A stretch of 64,000 nt of DNA from the NCBI GenBank assembly GCA_963555825.3, contig CAUVXB020000002.1, positions 128,001 to 192,000 of the forward strand. Reading direction: 5' to 3'. A program made the translations under genes and the position numbers. The notes below the pieces were generated by a model. It saw nothing but the letters and a program-made list of their open reading frames with translations. It did not search any database and was not told the origin of the DNA. Shown here piece by piece: positions 9,327-19,313 of the stretch; within the stretch, counting starts at the first letter, position 1, and each line of letters begins with the position of its first letter. The DNA comes from Alphaproteobacteria bacterium. Lineage in GTDB: Bacteria; Pseudomonadota; Alphaproteobacteria; JAAXGF01.

Positions 9327-10838
9327 TGTCCGTCATCAAAACGAATGGGACTGTTGAGCGTGTTTCATAAGGGAGGATCTGGCTCATCTTTGTTTGATGT
9401 TAAGCCGCTTGGCGTTGATGGTTCAAGCGGCGGTTTTGGGTGGTCAGTTTTTTGATCCTTTTTCTCTTTTCGATGATGGCGGTGTGGCGTCCAAAGTAGG
9501 CGTCGGCTGGAGTTACGTTGCCGATGCTCTCGTGGTAGCGTTGGTTGTTGTAGTGATCGACGAAGGCGCTGATCTGGTTTTCGAGATCGCCGGGCAGATA
9601 ATAATTTTCATGCAGGATCCGGTTCTTCAGCGTTTGATGCCAGCGCTCGATCTTGCCCTGGGTTTGCGGGTGATACGGTGCGCCCCGAACGTGATCCATA
9701 CCGTGGTCCTCGAGCCATTCAGCCAGATCGCCGGAGATATAGGACGAGCCGTTGTCGCTGAGCAGCCTCGGCTTGTGGACGACATTGGGGCGATTGCAGC
9801 CTGAGGCTTCTAGCGCCAACTTCAGTGTTGCCGTCACATCGTCCGCCGTCATGTTGGTGCAGAGCTTCCAAGCAATTATGTAGCGGGAATAGTCGTCCAG
9901 GATGGTCGACAGGTAAAACCAGCCCCAGCCGATGACCTTGAGATAGGTGAAGTCGGTCTGCCACAGCTGGTTCGGCGCCGTGGTCTTGTCGCGGAACTCA
10001 TCGGCTGCCTTGATGACCACGAAAGCGGGGCTGGTGATCAGGCCGTGGGCCTTGAGAAGCCGGTAAACCGAGGCTTCTTTGAGACAAAGTAGCCCCTGGT
10101 GTCCGTAAACCTGACGGCCAGTTCCCGGGGCGACAGTTGCGTCTCCTCCAGGGCAAGATCGATGATCTGCCCCCGGACATCATCCGGGATCCGGTTCCAC
10201 ACCCGGCCCGGGCTGCTGTTGCGATCCTCAAGACCGGCGTCGCCAAAGGCCAGAAAGCGATCGTACCAGCGATAAAAGGTGGTCTTCGGAATGCCCAGCT
10301 TGTCCAAAGTGGACCCGACGCCCAGGTGGGACTGCTCGACCAGGCGGATGATCTCCAGCTTCTCGGATGCGGGATACCTCATTCCTCGCCTCCCCCATGC
10401 CCGATCATGTTTTTTTTGAGAAGACGGTTCTCCAGCGAAAGTTCGGCGACCAACTCCTTCAAGTCGCGCATCTCCTGGCGCAGGCCTTTAACCTCGCCCG
10501 AGGTCGCTTGGCGCCCGGTGTCGCCGGCGAGCCGCTTCTTGCCCGCTTCCAAAAACTCTCGACCAGCTGTAATACAGACCCTCGGCGATGCCCTCGCGGC
10601 GGCACAAGGCGGCGATGCTCTCCTCGCCGCGCAGGCCCGACACCACGATCCGGATCTTCTCCTCAGCCGTATACTGCTTGCGTGTCTTGCGCCGAATATC
10701 CCGAACCGTTCTCTCCGCCGGGTCGTTCTTGCTCATTGATTTCTGTCTCATCTTCGTTCCCTTCGGTCACTACGATGAGCCAGAAATCCTCCGTTATGCA
10801 ATTACCTCAATTCGTCCCAAAGGCGCTGACGTCAGACA
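9327..10838 (-). mobile_element. IS3-family element with transposase broken into three frames
   Basis: OrfA VRDIRRKTRKQYTAEEKIRIV (10488-10751), MRYPASEKLEIIRLVE (10038-10382), DDE core LWQTDFTY..SDNG..GKIERW (9400-10020); imperfect IRs TGTCCGTCATCA..TGGGAC / TGTCTGACGTCA..TGGGAC; no TSD seen. Confidence 0.88.
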
Positions 10839-11020
10839 GTGTCGGAGCCCGCTGCTACACGATGGAGCAGCACCGAGGCTGCGACGATAAACGTGACCAT
10901 GCCCGAGTAGAGCTTGATCAGATTCTCCCGTGAAGAGGAGGCCTGTTCCGCGAGTTCGGCGTGAAGCGTGTACATGCCGAACAAAGTTGTGGAGTCATGC
11001 TTTTTAGTTTCCTCGCTCAT
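10839..11020 (-). pseudogene. Small membrane protein truncated by the IS3 element
   Basis: GGAGG RBS, MSEETKKH..YTLHAELAEQASSSRENLIKLY followed by a TM helix, ending at the IS boundary; lower GC. Confidence 0.5.
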
Positions 11021-11069
11021 CCGCCCTCCGCCTTTGAGATCAGTTATCCAAACTCAGCCCGGCATATTT

Positions 11070-11393
11070 TCAGAACACCAGGTCGCCATACCCCCATATG
11101 GCCGTGCCCAAGACAATGCCAGACCTGGCAATCCAGTGAAGCCACTTACTCACAACCGAAATGGGTGCTTGTGTCATTACGGGATTACCGCCGGAGGTAA
11201 CGCTCGACCGCGGGTATGGTTGGTTTCTCAGTGCTTGTCGTATTTCTACAAGGACTGAAAACAATACAAGCAGCGAACCAGACCTTTGAAACCACTCCCC
11301 ATCCCCTGACGCGAGGCTGAACAGAAACGAGGCCGTTGCACCTCCGAAGCCAATCAGCAAGCCCACAATATCTAAGAACGACGGCTGTCTCAC
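11070..11393 (-). CDS. Hypothetical membrane protein with about 3 TM helices
   Basis: 107 aa with three hydrophobic segments, WFQRSGSLLV and GTAIWGYGDL motifs; lower GC than flanks. Confidence 0.65.
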   Translation of the reverse strand: MRQPSFLDIVGLLIGFGGATASFLFSLASGDGEWFQRSGSLLVLFSVLVEIRQALRNQPYPRSSVTSGGNPVMTQAPISVVSKWLHWIARSGIVLGTAIWGYGDLVF

Positions 11394-11499
11394 TCCGGCG
11401 AGCCCCTACTTCCGAACAGCCAGCCACCACCATCCACCTGTAGCGCGAGCACCCGTTGTGTCAGCTATACCATCCTTATCATAGACCCCGCCGCGCGGG

Positions 11500-11610
11500 G
11501 CAAGGTGGCGTCCTGCCCGGCCGCACTTGCGGCAACGGTGGCCGTCGCGCTCGAGTGCCTTCCGCCGGACGGCGTGCCAACGCTGGGCGTGATGGTGGAG
11601 ATGACAGCGG
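11500..11610 (-). pseudogene. HNH endonuclease N-terminal fragment
   Basis: RWHAVRRKALERDGHRCRKCGRAGR, then the motif is lost. Confidence 0.55.
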
Positions 11611-11919
11611 CTTATGGTGAGACCGGGATCAGGCGCCGGGGCCACATTTTTCCAGTAGAGCTCTTGCATACTCCTCATCTTCACGACGCTGGCGTTCCAA
11701 AATTTCCCTCATCGAAGCCATGAGTGACTTTAAGTCACCACAATTCTCCTCATTGATCTGTTCCGACATACTCAAAGCCCCGCCGACATCACCCAAGCAT
11801 TCCACCGCATCTTTCCGCAGGTCCGGGGGCAGTCCAGAAGCTACTGGCTGGCATATACCGAGCGGCCCGCATCGGCTGCATAGATGCCGCACTCGGCGAC
11901 GGACGGTGATGTCCCGGGC

Positions 11920-12732
11920 CTAGAACCTGTAGCGGACGCCGACTTCGAGGAAGTGTGCCCGCAATCCGCTGTTCACGTCGATGGTACCCGTGTCGTTCTT
12001 CGCCTCGAACTCAAGATCGCTCGCGGACTGGAAGCGATAGCTCGCCTGGAGGATGACGTTGTGCGTAAGCCGGTAGCCGACCCCGGCGCTGAGGTGGTAA
12101 GCGAACACAGTATCGGTGGTCGAAATCTCCGGCACAGGGGGCAGGTTCTGTGCAAACTGTTGGCCCGCCCTCGCCGCCACGATGGTGCGGAACAGCGTGT
12201 TGGAGTTGTAGTCCAGGTCGCCCTGGTCGACCCGGACGAAGCCGATTCCGCCGCCGATAAATGGTATCCAGTTGGGCCACGTGCCGATGTCGTACCAGAC
12301 ATTCGCGAAGCCACCGAGCTGGTCGGCGGTGCCGGAGATCGGGACGTCCACCTTGCCGACCATGGGAACGCCGGAATAGGTCACCTTGTCGACCCCCGCC
12401 CGCGCGAAGAACAGCTCGCCCTCGACGCGGAGGCCGCCGTCGAACTCGTAGCCCGCCGTGCCGGCAATCTTGAACCCGGTGTCGTACTCGGACGTGGACT
12501 TCGCCTTGTAGCGCTGACGCTCATCGGGCGCCCGAATGTTCAAAGCCTGGGCCCCGGTCGTGGTCGATTCCGTGTCGTCGATGAACATGATCGGCACGTT
12601 CAGCCCGACATAGAACCGACCGTCCGCAGCGCGCGCGTCCGGGATTGACGCCCCCGCGAGACCCAGCGCGATCACTCCTGCTAAGGCGAGGCTCCGATAT
12701 CCAGACCTTAGCAAGCCGAAAATCCTTTCCAT
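11920..12732 (-). CDS. Outer-membrane beta-barrel protein (opacity/surface-antigen type)
   Basis: Signal peptide ending ARA, GRFYVGLN, GTAGYEFDGGLRVEGE, FANVWYD, PFIGGGIG, C-terminal GVRYRF. Confidence 0.88.
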   Translation of the reverse strand: MERIFGLLRSGYRSLALAGVIALGLAGASIPDARAADGRFYVGLNVPIMFIDDTESTTTGAQALNIRAPDERQRYKAKSTSEYDTGFKIAGTAGYEFDGGLRVEGELFFARAGVDKVTYSGVPMVGKVDVPISGTADQLGGFANVWYDIGTWPNWIPFIGGGIGFVRVDQGDLDYNSNTLFRTIVAARAGQQFAQNLPPVPEISTTDTVFAYHLSAGVGYRLTHNVILQASYRFQSASDLEFEAKNDTGTIDVNSGLRAHFLEVGVRYRF

Positions 12733-12929
12733 GCCAGGCCCCCTTCCTTCTCGTGGCTTTGTCAAGTTAACCGGATTCACTCCGAAATCTCAGTACATTG
12801 TCGATGGCTCCTCCACGTAAATTCAATAGCTTAGCCTCATGGAGAAATGCCGAAAACAGCCTACATTCAATTAGCTTGACAATGCCTCCAGATTGCGGCG
12901 GACGCCAAACACAAACGGCTCGCCGAGCA

Positions 12930-13330
12930 GCAGGTCCATAACAAGGTCAGCAATCTCGGTCTATTGGCCGAGACGGCGGTGGACGCCCGGCGGAACCTGG
13001 TCGTCGATTGGATCGACGCGACCGCCGGCGCGGGCTACTTCAAGATCGAGGTTATCGAGGCCTGTGAGAATACCGGCGATGTGCCGCATGTGCCCAAGCC
13101 CCAGCGCGGATCAACGGTGAGCCAGGGGCTCTTTCCCAACGAACGCTTCCGCTATGACGGCGGCGAGGACATTTACATCTGCCCCAACGGCCAACGCCTA
13201 GCGCCATACGGCAAGCGCAAGCGCGGCGATATCTTCTTCGCCAGTTACGCCAATCGCGCCGCGTGCAAGGAGTGCCAACTCAAGTCAAAGTGTAGGAAGA
13301 GAGCCTTCTTTCGAGTTCTGCGCTATGTCG
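12930..13330 (+). pseudogene. IS1182-like transposase fragment
   Basis: FRYDGGEDIYICPNGQRL..ACKECQLKSKC. Confidence 0.7.
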
Positions 13331-13343
13331 GCTTTGTCAAGTT

Positions 13344-13435
13344 TGTTATTCAGCGCGCCAATTTGACCCGCCAGTATCAAGAGGTCTCAACAGGTTAGCG
13401 CGCCGATCGGCGTCGAACCTGCGCGCTGAATAACA
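13344..13435. mobile_element. 92-bp MITE-like element with IS21-type ends
   Basis: TGTTATTCAGCGCGC...GCGCGCTGAATAACA (15-bp perfect terminal IR, TG..CA), internal AATTTGACCC. Confidence 0.7.
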
Positions 13436-13975
13436 CCCAGACCCGCACCCTTGACACCGCCGCTGGCTCTTAAGCTTGTCAACGAGCCCCTGGCCAACAC
13501 CCAACGCTACGACCGCCTGCGGGAGAAGTCCCATGCAGACTGAGGCGATGATAACCACCTTGAAAACACTTAAGCTGAACGGCATGGCCCGTGCCATCGC
13601 TGAGCTGGCCGAGCAATCCTCAGCCGCCGACCGGCAAGCCGAAGGGATCCTTGAGATCCTCCTCAAGGCCGAGCTTGCCGAACGTGAGGTGCGGTCCGTC
13701 AATTACCAGATGAAGAGTGCGAAGTTCCCGGTTTACCGGGATCTGGCCGGCTTCGACTTTACCCAGGCTCAGGTCGACGAAGCGCTCATGCGGGAACTGC
13801 ATCGTTGCACGGTCCTCGACGACGCACAGAACATCGTGCTGGTCGGCGGCTCCGGCAAAACCCACCTTGCCACCGCCCTCGGCGTGCAGGCCATTCGCCA
13901 CCGTCACCGCTGCGTGCGCATTCTATCGGCCCTGGAACTGGCCAATGCCCTGGAGCAGGAAAAACGCGATGCTCG
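13436..13975 (+). pseudogene. istB: IS21 remnant: istA 3' end plus truncated istB
   Basis: MQTEAMITTLKTLKLNGMA..AKFPVYRDLAGFDF..VGGSGKTHLATALG (degenerate Walker A), truncated. Confidence 0.8.
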
Positions 13976-13984
13976 GCAAAGCCG

Positions 13985-14130
13985 ACCGAAGTCGCCAGCA
14001 CGATCTCCAGCCTCTCCGAGCGCGCCGCCGCCATCTAGCTCGCCAGCATCCGGTCGCGGATCAGCGCGTAGAGCCGCACCGCGTCCGACCCGACGGCGCG
14101 CTGTAGGTGCCCGCACCCCGCGAATGCCCG
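13985..14130 (-). pseudogene. Type IA DNA topoisomerase fragment
   Basis: DAVRLYALIRDRMLAS*MAAARSERLEIVL resembles the TopA LY.LI..R.LASQM motif with Q replaced by a stop. Confidence 0.5.
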
Positions 14131-14317
14131 ACCGCCAGCCCCACCGTCGCGCGGGCACTCGCCCAGTCCGCGTCTGAGGCCGCGCCCCGGCACAGGAGGA
14201 AAAATGCCGGGGTGCGGCCGGACACGCCGCCCTTGGCCCGGCGCGACATAGATTCCGCGAATCCTTTCATGCCACCGGCCGCCCAATTTCACGCGTCATC
14301 CGCGAGGCTTCCTCCGG

Positions 14318-15856
14318 CTAGGGCCACATGGCGGCCTCGCCCCGCATCCACGCCCGTTCCGCGGCCGCGATACCGGCGGCGAGCACTTCCGGGGTCATGG
14401 CCTGGCCCGGCGCCGCAGTCCCGCCGGGCAGGATGTCGGCGCCCGCCGCCGCGAAGATGCGGCCGAAGCTCTCCTCTATCTCCACGAAGGCGAGGTCGCG
14501 ATCGAGCGCGGTCCGCACCGCTTCCAGCTCCGCCAGGACCGCCTCCATCTCGTTCATCACCCCGAGCCGCGCGCCGGAACGCAGCTGCGCGACGATGTCG
14601 TCCTGCGTCTCGGCGATCCGGCTGGACGTCGCATACTGCGCCCGCGCCTCCTCGAACCCGGCCAGCGCGACATGGAGCTGGGTCAGCACCGCCATGGCGA
14701 GCGCCTCGCGCCGCGCCCGCTCGAGCGCCACGCCGGCCTCCGCCGCCGCCATCGCCGCCGGCGCCGTGAACAGCTGGGCGAGGTTGAGCGAGACCTGGGC
14801 GCCCAGTGACGCCCAGCTGTCTTTCACCAGGAAGGAGTTGCTGTCGGTATGGGCCCCGGCGCTGAGCTCGATCCCCGGAAGGACTCTCAGCAGCGCTTTC
14901 CGCGCCTCGGCCGCGGCGATCCGCCCGGAGAGCTGCGCCTCGCGCAGCTCCGGGCGCTGCCGCAGCGCCAGGGTCTCAAGCGCAGCGATGTCGAGGACCG
15001 GCCGGCGCGGCGGCGGCAACCGGTCCAGCGGCAGGGCGAGGCGGTACTGCGCGCCGGGGCCGAGGCCGATCAGCTCGGCCAGCTCCAGTCCGATGCGCCG
15101 GCCCTCGCGCCGCTGCCGCTCCAGCGCCTGAAGCGCCTGCAGCAGGGCGCGCCGGTAGCGTAGCGCCTCAAGCGGTGAGCGCACCCGGAGCTCGGCGATG
15201 CGCGCGCTGTCGGCCAGCGCCGCCGTCACGCTGTCCATCAGCGACCCGGCCCTCCGCAGCGCTCGCTTGGCCGCCACCGCCCGCCACCAGGCCCGGCGGA
15301 CCTCGGCCAGCACCGTATGCACGGCCTTGCGCCGGCGCTCATGCGCGATCAGCACGCGGTCCGACTGCTGGCGCGCCGCGTAGTATGAGACCCCGAAGTC
15401 GAGCGCATGCCAGACCGCCGTGAGATCGCCGGTCCGCGTCGTCCGGTCGGACGACGTCGACGCGCTCAGCGACTCCCGCCCGGTCAGCACCGACTGGCTC
15501 GACGAGGCCCGGACGTTGCTGCGCGTCGTCACCCCGTAGCGCGCCGAAAGCCCTGGCAGCAGGCCGAGCCGGGCCACCTCCAGCTCGCCCAGCGCCAGCG
15601 CCTGCTCCATCGCCCGCACGCGGCTTTCCAGGTTGAACAGCAGGGCGTAGGCCATCGCCCGGTGCAGGGTGAGCGGCCCGTCGAGCGCCGGCCGGTTCGC
15701 CGCCAGCGTCCGGCGGTCCTCCGCCACCCGCCGTTCGGTGTCCTGCTCCGTCAGCGGAGACGGCCGCACCGCGCAGCCCGCCAGCAGGGCCAGCGCGGTG
15801 GCGCCCGCCAGGACCGCGCACAGGGCGCCGTACCGAACCGCCATGCCGCGCCTCAC
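14318..15856 (-). CDS. TolC-family outer-membrane lipoprotein of the T1SS
   Basis: Lipobox LLAGC, WHALDFGVSYY, ALRQRPELREA; last gene of the ABC-MFP operon; GTGA overlap with upstream gene. Confidence 0.88.
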   Translation of the reverse strand: MRRGMAVRYGALCAVLAGATALALLAGCAVRPSPLTEQDTERRVAEDRRTLAANRPALDGPLTLHRAMAYALLFNLESRVRAMEQALALGELEVARLGLLPGLSARYGVTTRSNVRASSSQSVLTGRESLSASTSSDRTTRTGDLTAVWHALDFGVSYYAARQQSDRVLIAHERRRKAVHTVLAEVRRAWWRAVAAKRALRRAGSLMDSVTAALADSARIAELRVRSPLEALRYRRALLQALQALERQRREGRRIGLELAELIGLGPGAQYRLALPLDRLPPPRRPVLDIAALETLALRQRPELREAQLSGRIAAAEARKALLRVLPGIELSAGAHTDSNSFLVKDSWASLGAQVSLNLAQLFTAPAAMAAAEAGVALERARREALAMAVLTQLHVALAGFEEARAQYATSSRIAETQDDIVAQLRSGARLGVMNEMEAVLAELEAVRTALDRDLAFVEIEESFGRIFAAAGADILPGGTAAPGQAMTPEVLAAGIAAAERAWMRGEAAMWP

Positions 15857-17391
15857 TCCTCGCGCAGCGCGCGCGTGAAATAGTCGCTCAGCGGCTTGAC
15901 CAGGTAGCCAAGCGGCGAGCGCTCGCCGGTGCGCAGATAAACCTCAACCGGCATGCCCGGCGTCAGCACGAGCACCGACACGGCGTTGCCGGGACCGGGA
16001 CCGGGCGGCGGCAGCGCCCGGGGCCTTTCGCCGCCGCGCCGGCCGGACAGCGCCTCGCGCAACCAGTCCGGCGCCCACTCTTGCCGGGCGATCCAGCGCC
16101 CGGGGCCGTCGGCGTACCCGTCCGCGACGCCGTCCCACTGCCGGCCGGCCCAGGCCGCCACCGACCACTCGCCCTCCGGCGCGATCGCCCGGCCCATCGC
16201 CAGCTCGACCTCGTACCACGCCAGCCCGGTGCGCTCATCCAGGCTCGCATCCGCCGCCACCCTGAGCACCCGGCCCTCGAAGGCCGGCGTCGTCCGCGCC
16301 GGAAACGCCGGGAACAGGACCGTCGCCTCCTGGCCCGGCCACACCTGGTCGACATGGATTGGATCGAGCTTCGCCCGCACCACCAGTGCCGCGTCCTCCG
16401 GCACGATCTTCAGGATCGGCTCGCCCGGGCGCACCACCTCGGCCGGCGCGAACACCTGCATCTCGAACACCTCGCCGGAGATCGGCGCCCGCACCTCCAT
16501 GTGCGCCAGACGGGTCCGCACCGAGACCAGGCGCTCGCGCACCTGGGTCTCCCGCGCCTGCGCCTCGCGCGCCTCGCCTTCCGCCTCCGCGATGCGGTTG
16601 GCGTCGAGCTGCAGGACCTGCAGCTGGAGCTCGGCGATCCGGCTCCGCGCCGCCGCGATCCGCGCGCCGATGTCGCCCGCCTCGCCGTCGAGCCGCGCCG
16701 CCCCCCGCTCGCGCTCCATGAGCCGCTGAAGCTCGACCCGGCCCTCCTCGAACAGTTCGCGGAACGGCTTGAGCTCGCGCGCCAGGAACCCGGCCTGGCG
16801 CCGCACCGCGTCGAGCTGCGCCTCCAGGCTGGCGATCTGGCGCCGGGTCTGGGTGATCCGCTCCTTGAACAGCGCCGCCTGCCCCGCCAGGGATGCCCGC
16901 CTCGCCTCGAACAACCGGCGCTGCCCGTCGAGGATGGCGCGCACCCCGGCGTCCTCGTCCGCCCGCCGGGCGAGCGCCGCGTCCCAACGGATCGCATCGG
17001 CGCCGCGGTACTCCGCCTCCAGCCGGTTGCGCCGCGCCACGAGCTCGGCCTGCTCCGCTGCCAGCATCGCCTCTCCGGTGCGCAGCTCGCCATCGTCCAG
17101 CCGGATCAGCACGTCGCCCGCCGCCACACGGTCGCCGTCCCGCACCAGGACCGCCTGCACCGTGCCGCCGTCGACATGCTCGACAGCCTGCGCCCGGTTC
17201 TCGACCTCGACCCGGCCGGGCGCGATCACCGCTCCGGAGATCGAGGCGAACGCGCCCCATCCGAGCACGCCGCCGAGCAGCACCGCCAAGCTCAGCAGCC
17301 CGAGCGCCACCGGCCTGCGCGAGGAAAACGCGCGCGGAGAACCGAGCCGGGGAGAGAGCGGGCGTTCCAGGTCCGCCGGCGCCCCCGTCAT
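15853..17391 (-). CDS. HlyD-family T1SS membrane fusion protein
   Basis: ISGAVIAPGRVEVE..VEHVDGGTV, VRAPISGEV, LTPGMPVEVYLRTGERSPLGYLVKP..ALREE; true start at the ATGA overlap at 17391. Confidence 0.92.
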   Translation of the reverse strand: MTGAPADLERPLSPRLGSPRAFSSRRPVALGLLSLAVLLGGVLGWGAFASISGAVIAPGRVEVENRAQAVEHVDGGTVQAVLVRDGDRVAAGDVLIRLDDGELRTGEAMLAAEQAELVARRNRLEAEYRGADAIRWDAALARRADEDAGVRAILDGQRRLFEARRASLAGQAALFKERITQTRRQIASLEAQLDAVRRQAGFLARELKPFRELFEEGRVELQRLMERERGAARLDGEAGDIGARIAAARSRIAELQLQVLQLDANRIAEAEGEAREAQARETQVRERLVSVRTRLAHMEVRAPISGEVFEMQVFAPAEVVRPGEPILKIVPEDAALVVRAKLDPIHVDQVWPGQEATVLFPAFPARTTPAFEGRVLRVAADASLDERTGLAWYEVELAMGRAIAPEGEWSVAAWAGRQWDGVADGYADGPGRWIARQEWAPDWLREALSGRRGGERPRALPPPGPGPGNAVSVLVLTPGMPVEVYLRTGERSPLGYLVKPLSDYFTRALREE

Positions 17392-19313
17392 GCGCTTCTC
17401 TCCGGCGGTCCGCCGGCCGGATCGGGGCCGCCGGGCGCCCCGTCGCCGGGCGCAGCCCCGTCCGGCGGCGAAACCTCCACCAGCCGCAGCGTGCGGCTCT
17501 GTTCGGCCCCGTCGCCGGGCGGCCCCGCCATCCGGGTCACCGGCACAACCGTCTCCGGCAGGGCCGCCGCCCGGCGCGGCGCCGCACCGGGCGGCGGCTC
17601 GGCCCGCTGCAGCGCGCCGTCCGCCATCGCCAGCACCGCGTCGCATTCCGCGAACGCGCCCGCCCGGTGCGCGACGATCACCGCCGCCCCGCCGCGCGCC
17701 TTCAGCGCCGCCACCGCGCGGCCGAGCGCCGCCGCCCCCTCGGCGTCCAGATGCGCGTCCGGCTCGTCCAGCACAACCACCGCCGGATCGCCGTAGAAGG
17801 CGCGCGCGAGCGCGATTCGCTGGCGCTGCCCACCCGACAGCGCCGCGCCGCCGGCCGCCACCTCGAAGTCGTAGCCGCCCGGCAGGTCGAGGATCATCTC
17901 GTGCGCGCCCGCATGCCGCGCGGCTTCGATCGCCGCGTCGGCGTCCGGATCCGGGTCGAGCCGCGCGATGTTCTCCGCCACCGTGCCCTCGAACAGCACC
18001 ACCTCTTGGGGCAGCCAGCCGAGGTGGCGGGCGAGCGCCGCCTCGCCATACTGGTCGATCTCCGCGCCGGCGAGCGTCACCTTGCCCGACAGCGCCGGCC
18101 ACACGCCGGTCAGCGCCCGCGCCAGCGTCGACTTGCCCGACGCCGAAGGCCCCGCGATGCCCACCGCCGAGCCGGGATGCAGCGCGAAGGAAGCGCCGCG
18201 CACCGCCGGGCGTTGCGCCCCGGGGGCGCCGACATAAAGCGTCTCCGCCGCCAGCAGCGGCTGCCCGGCCGCCTTGAGCGCCGCCGGGTCGGGCGCCGGC
18301 AGCGGCGTGCGCACGGGCGCCTCCGGGGTCTCCGTAAGCAGCCGCGCGAGCGAACGCCTGCCCTCCAGCGCGCGCTGCAGCACCGGCCACTGCGCTACCG
18401 CCTGGTCGATCGGCGCCAGAGCCCGCCCGAGCAGGATCGAGGCCGCGATCATGATCCCCGGGGTAATCGACCCCTGAATCGCCAGCCAGGCGCCGAGGCC
18501 CAGCATCATCGACTGCAGAAACAGGCGCAGCGTGCGCGTCGTCACGGAGAACGCCCCGCCGCGGTCGGAGGCCGCAATGGTCGCGCCGAGCGCACGGTCG
18601 CGGATCGCGGCGAGCCGCTCCCGCACCGCCGCGCGCATGCCAAGGCCCCGCACCGTCTCGCCGCCGGCCCGCATCTGCTCGGTCAGCTGGAACGCCTGGG
18701 CCGAAGCCTGCCCCGCCTCCTGCTGCAGCCGCGACGTGCGCGCCTGGTTCACCAGCGCCAGCACCAGGAGCAGCACGCCGGCGAACACCGCCAGCAGGCC
18801 GAGCATCCAGTGGAACAGGAACAGCACGGCGAGGAAGATCGGCGTCCAGGGCGCGTCGAAGAATGCGAAGGGACCGGGACCCGACGCAAAGCGCTGCATC
18901 GCCTCGAGGTCGGCAAGCCCCGTCGCCGGCGCCGAACGGGCCTCGGGCGAGCCACCGGCGCGTGTGAGGATCGCCCCCAGAACCCGCGGGTCCATCCGTG
19001 CCTGGAACCGCGCCCCGGCGCGCGCCAGCACCCGCGCCCTGAAATGATCCAGCAGCCCCATCGCCAGGAACAGGAAGGCCACGATGCCGATCAGCGCCAC
19101 CAGCGTCGCCTCCGACCGCGAACTCAGCACCCGGTCGTAGACCTGAAGCATGAAGACCGGGCCGGTCAGCATCAGCAGGTTCACGAAGGCGCTGAACAGC
19201 CCGACCGCCAGGAACGACCGCCCGCTCTCGGCCAGCGCCGATCGGATCTCCCGCGCGCCCGACGCCGCGTCCCTGTCCGGCCCGCCCATGACCGCCGCCG
19301 GGCCTCCGCTCAC
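17388..19313 (-). CDS. T1SS ABC permease/ATPase (PrtD/AprD-like)
   Basis: NLLMLTGPVFMLQVYDRVLSSRS, Walker A GPSASGKST, LSGGQRQRIALARA, VLDEP. Confidence 0.95.
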   Translation of the reverse strand: MSGGPAAVMGGPDRDAASGAREIRSALAESGRSFLAVGLFSAFVNLLMLTGPVFMLQVYDRVLSSRSEATLVALIGIVAFLFLAMGLLDHFRARVLARAGARFQARMDPRVLGAILTRAGGSPEARSAPATGLADLEAMQRFASGPGPFAFFDAPWTPIFLAVLFLFHWMLGLLAVFAGVLLLVLALVNQARTSRLQQEAGQASAQAFQLTEQMRAGGETVRGLGMRAAVRERLAAIRDRALGATIAASDRGGAFSVTTRTLRLFLQSMMLGLGAWLAIQGSITPGIMIAASILLGRALAPIDQAVAQWPVLQRALEGRRSLARLLTETPEAPVRTPLPAPDPAALKAAGQPLLAAETLYVGAPGAQRPAVRGASFALHPGSAVGIAGPSASGKSTLARALTGVWPALSGKVTLAGAEIDQYGEAALARHLGWLPQEVVLFEGTVAENIARLDPDPDADAAIEAARHAGAHEMILDLPGGYDFEVAAGGAALSGGQRQRIALARAFYGDPAVVVLDEPDAHLDAEGAAALGRAVAALKARGGAAVIVAHRAGAFAECDAVLAMADGALQRAEPPPGAAPRRAAALPETVVPVTRMAGPPGDGAEQSRTLRLVEVSPPDGAAPGDGAPGGPDPAGGPPERSA

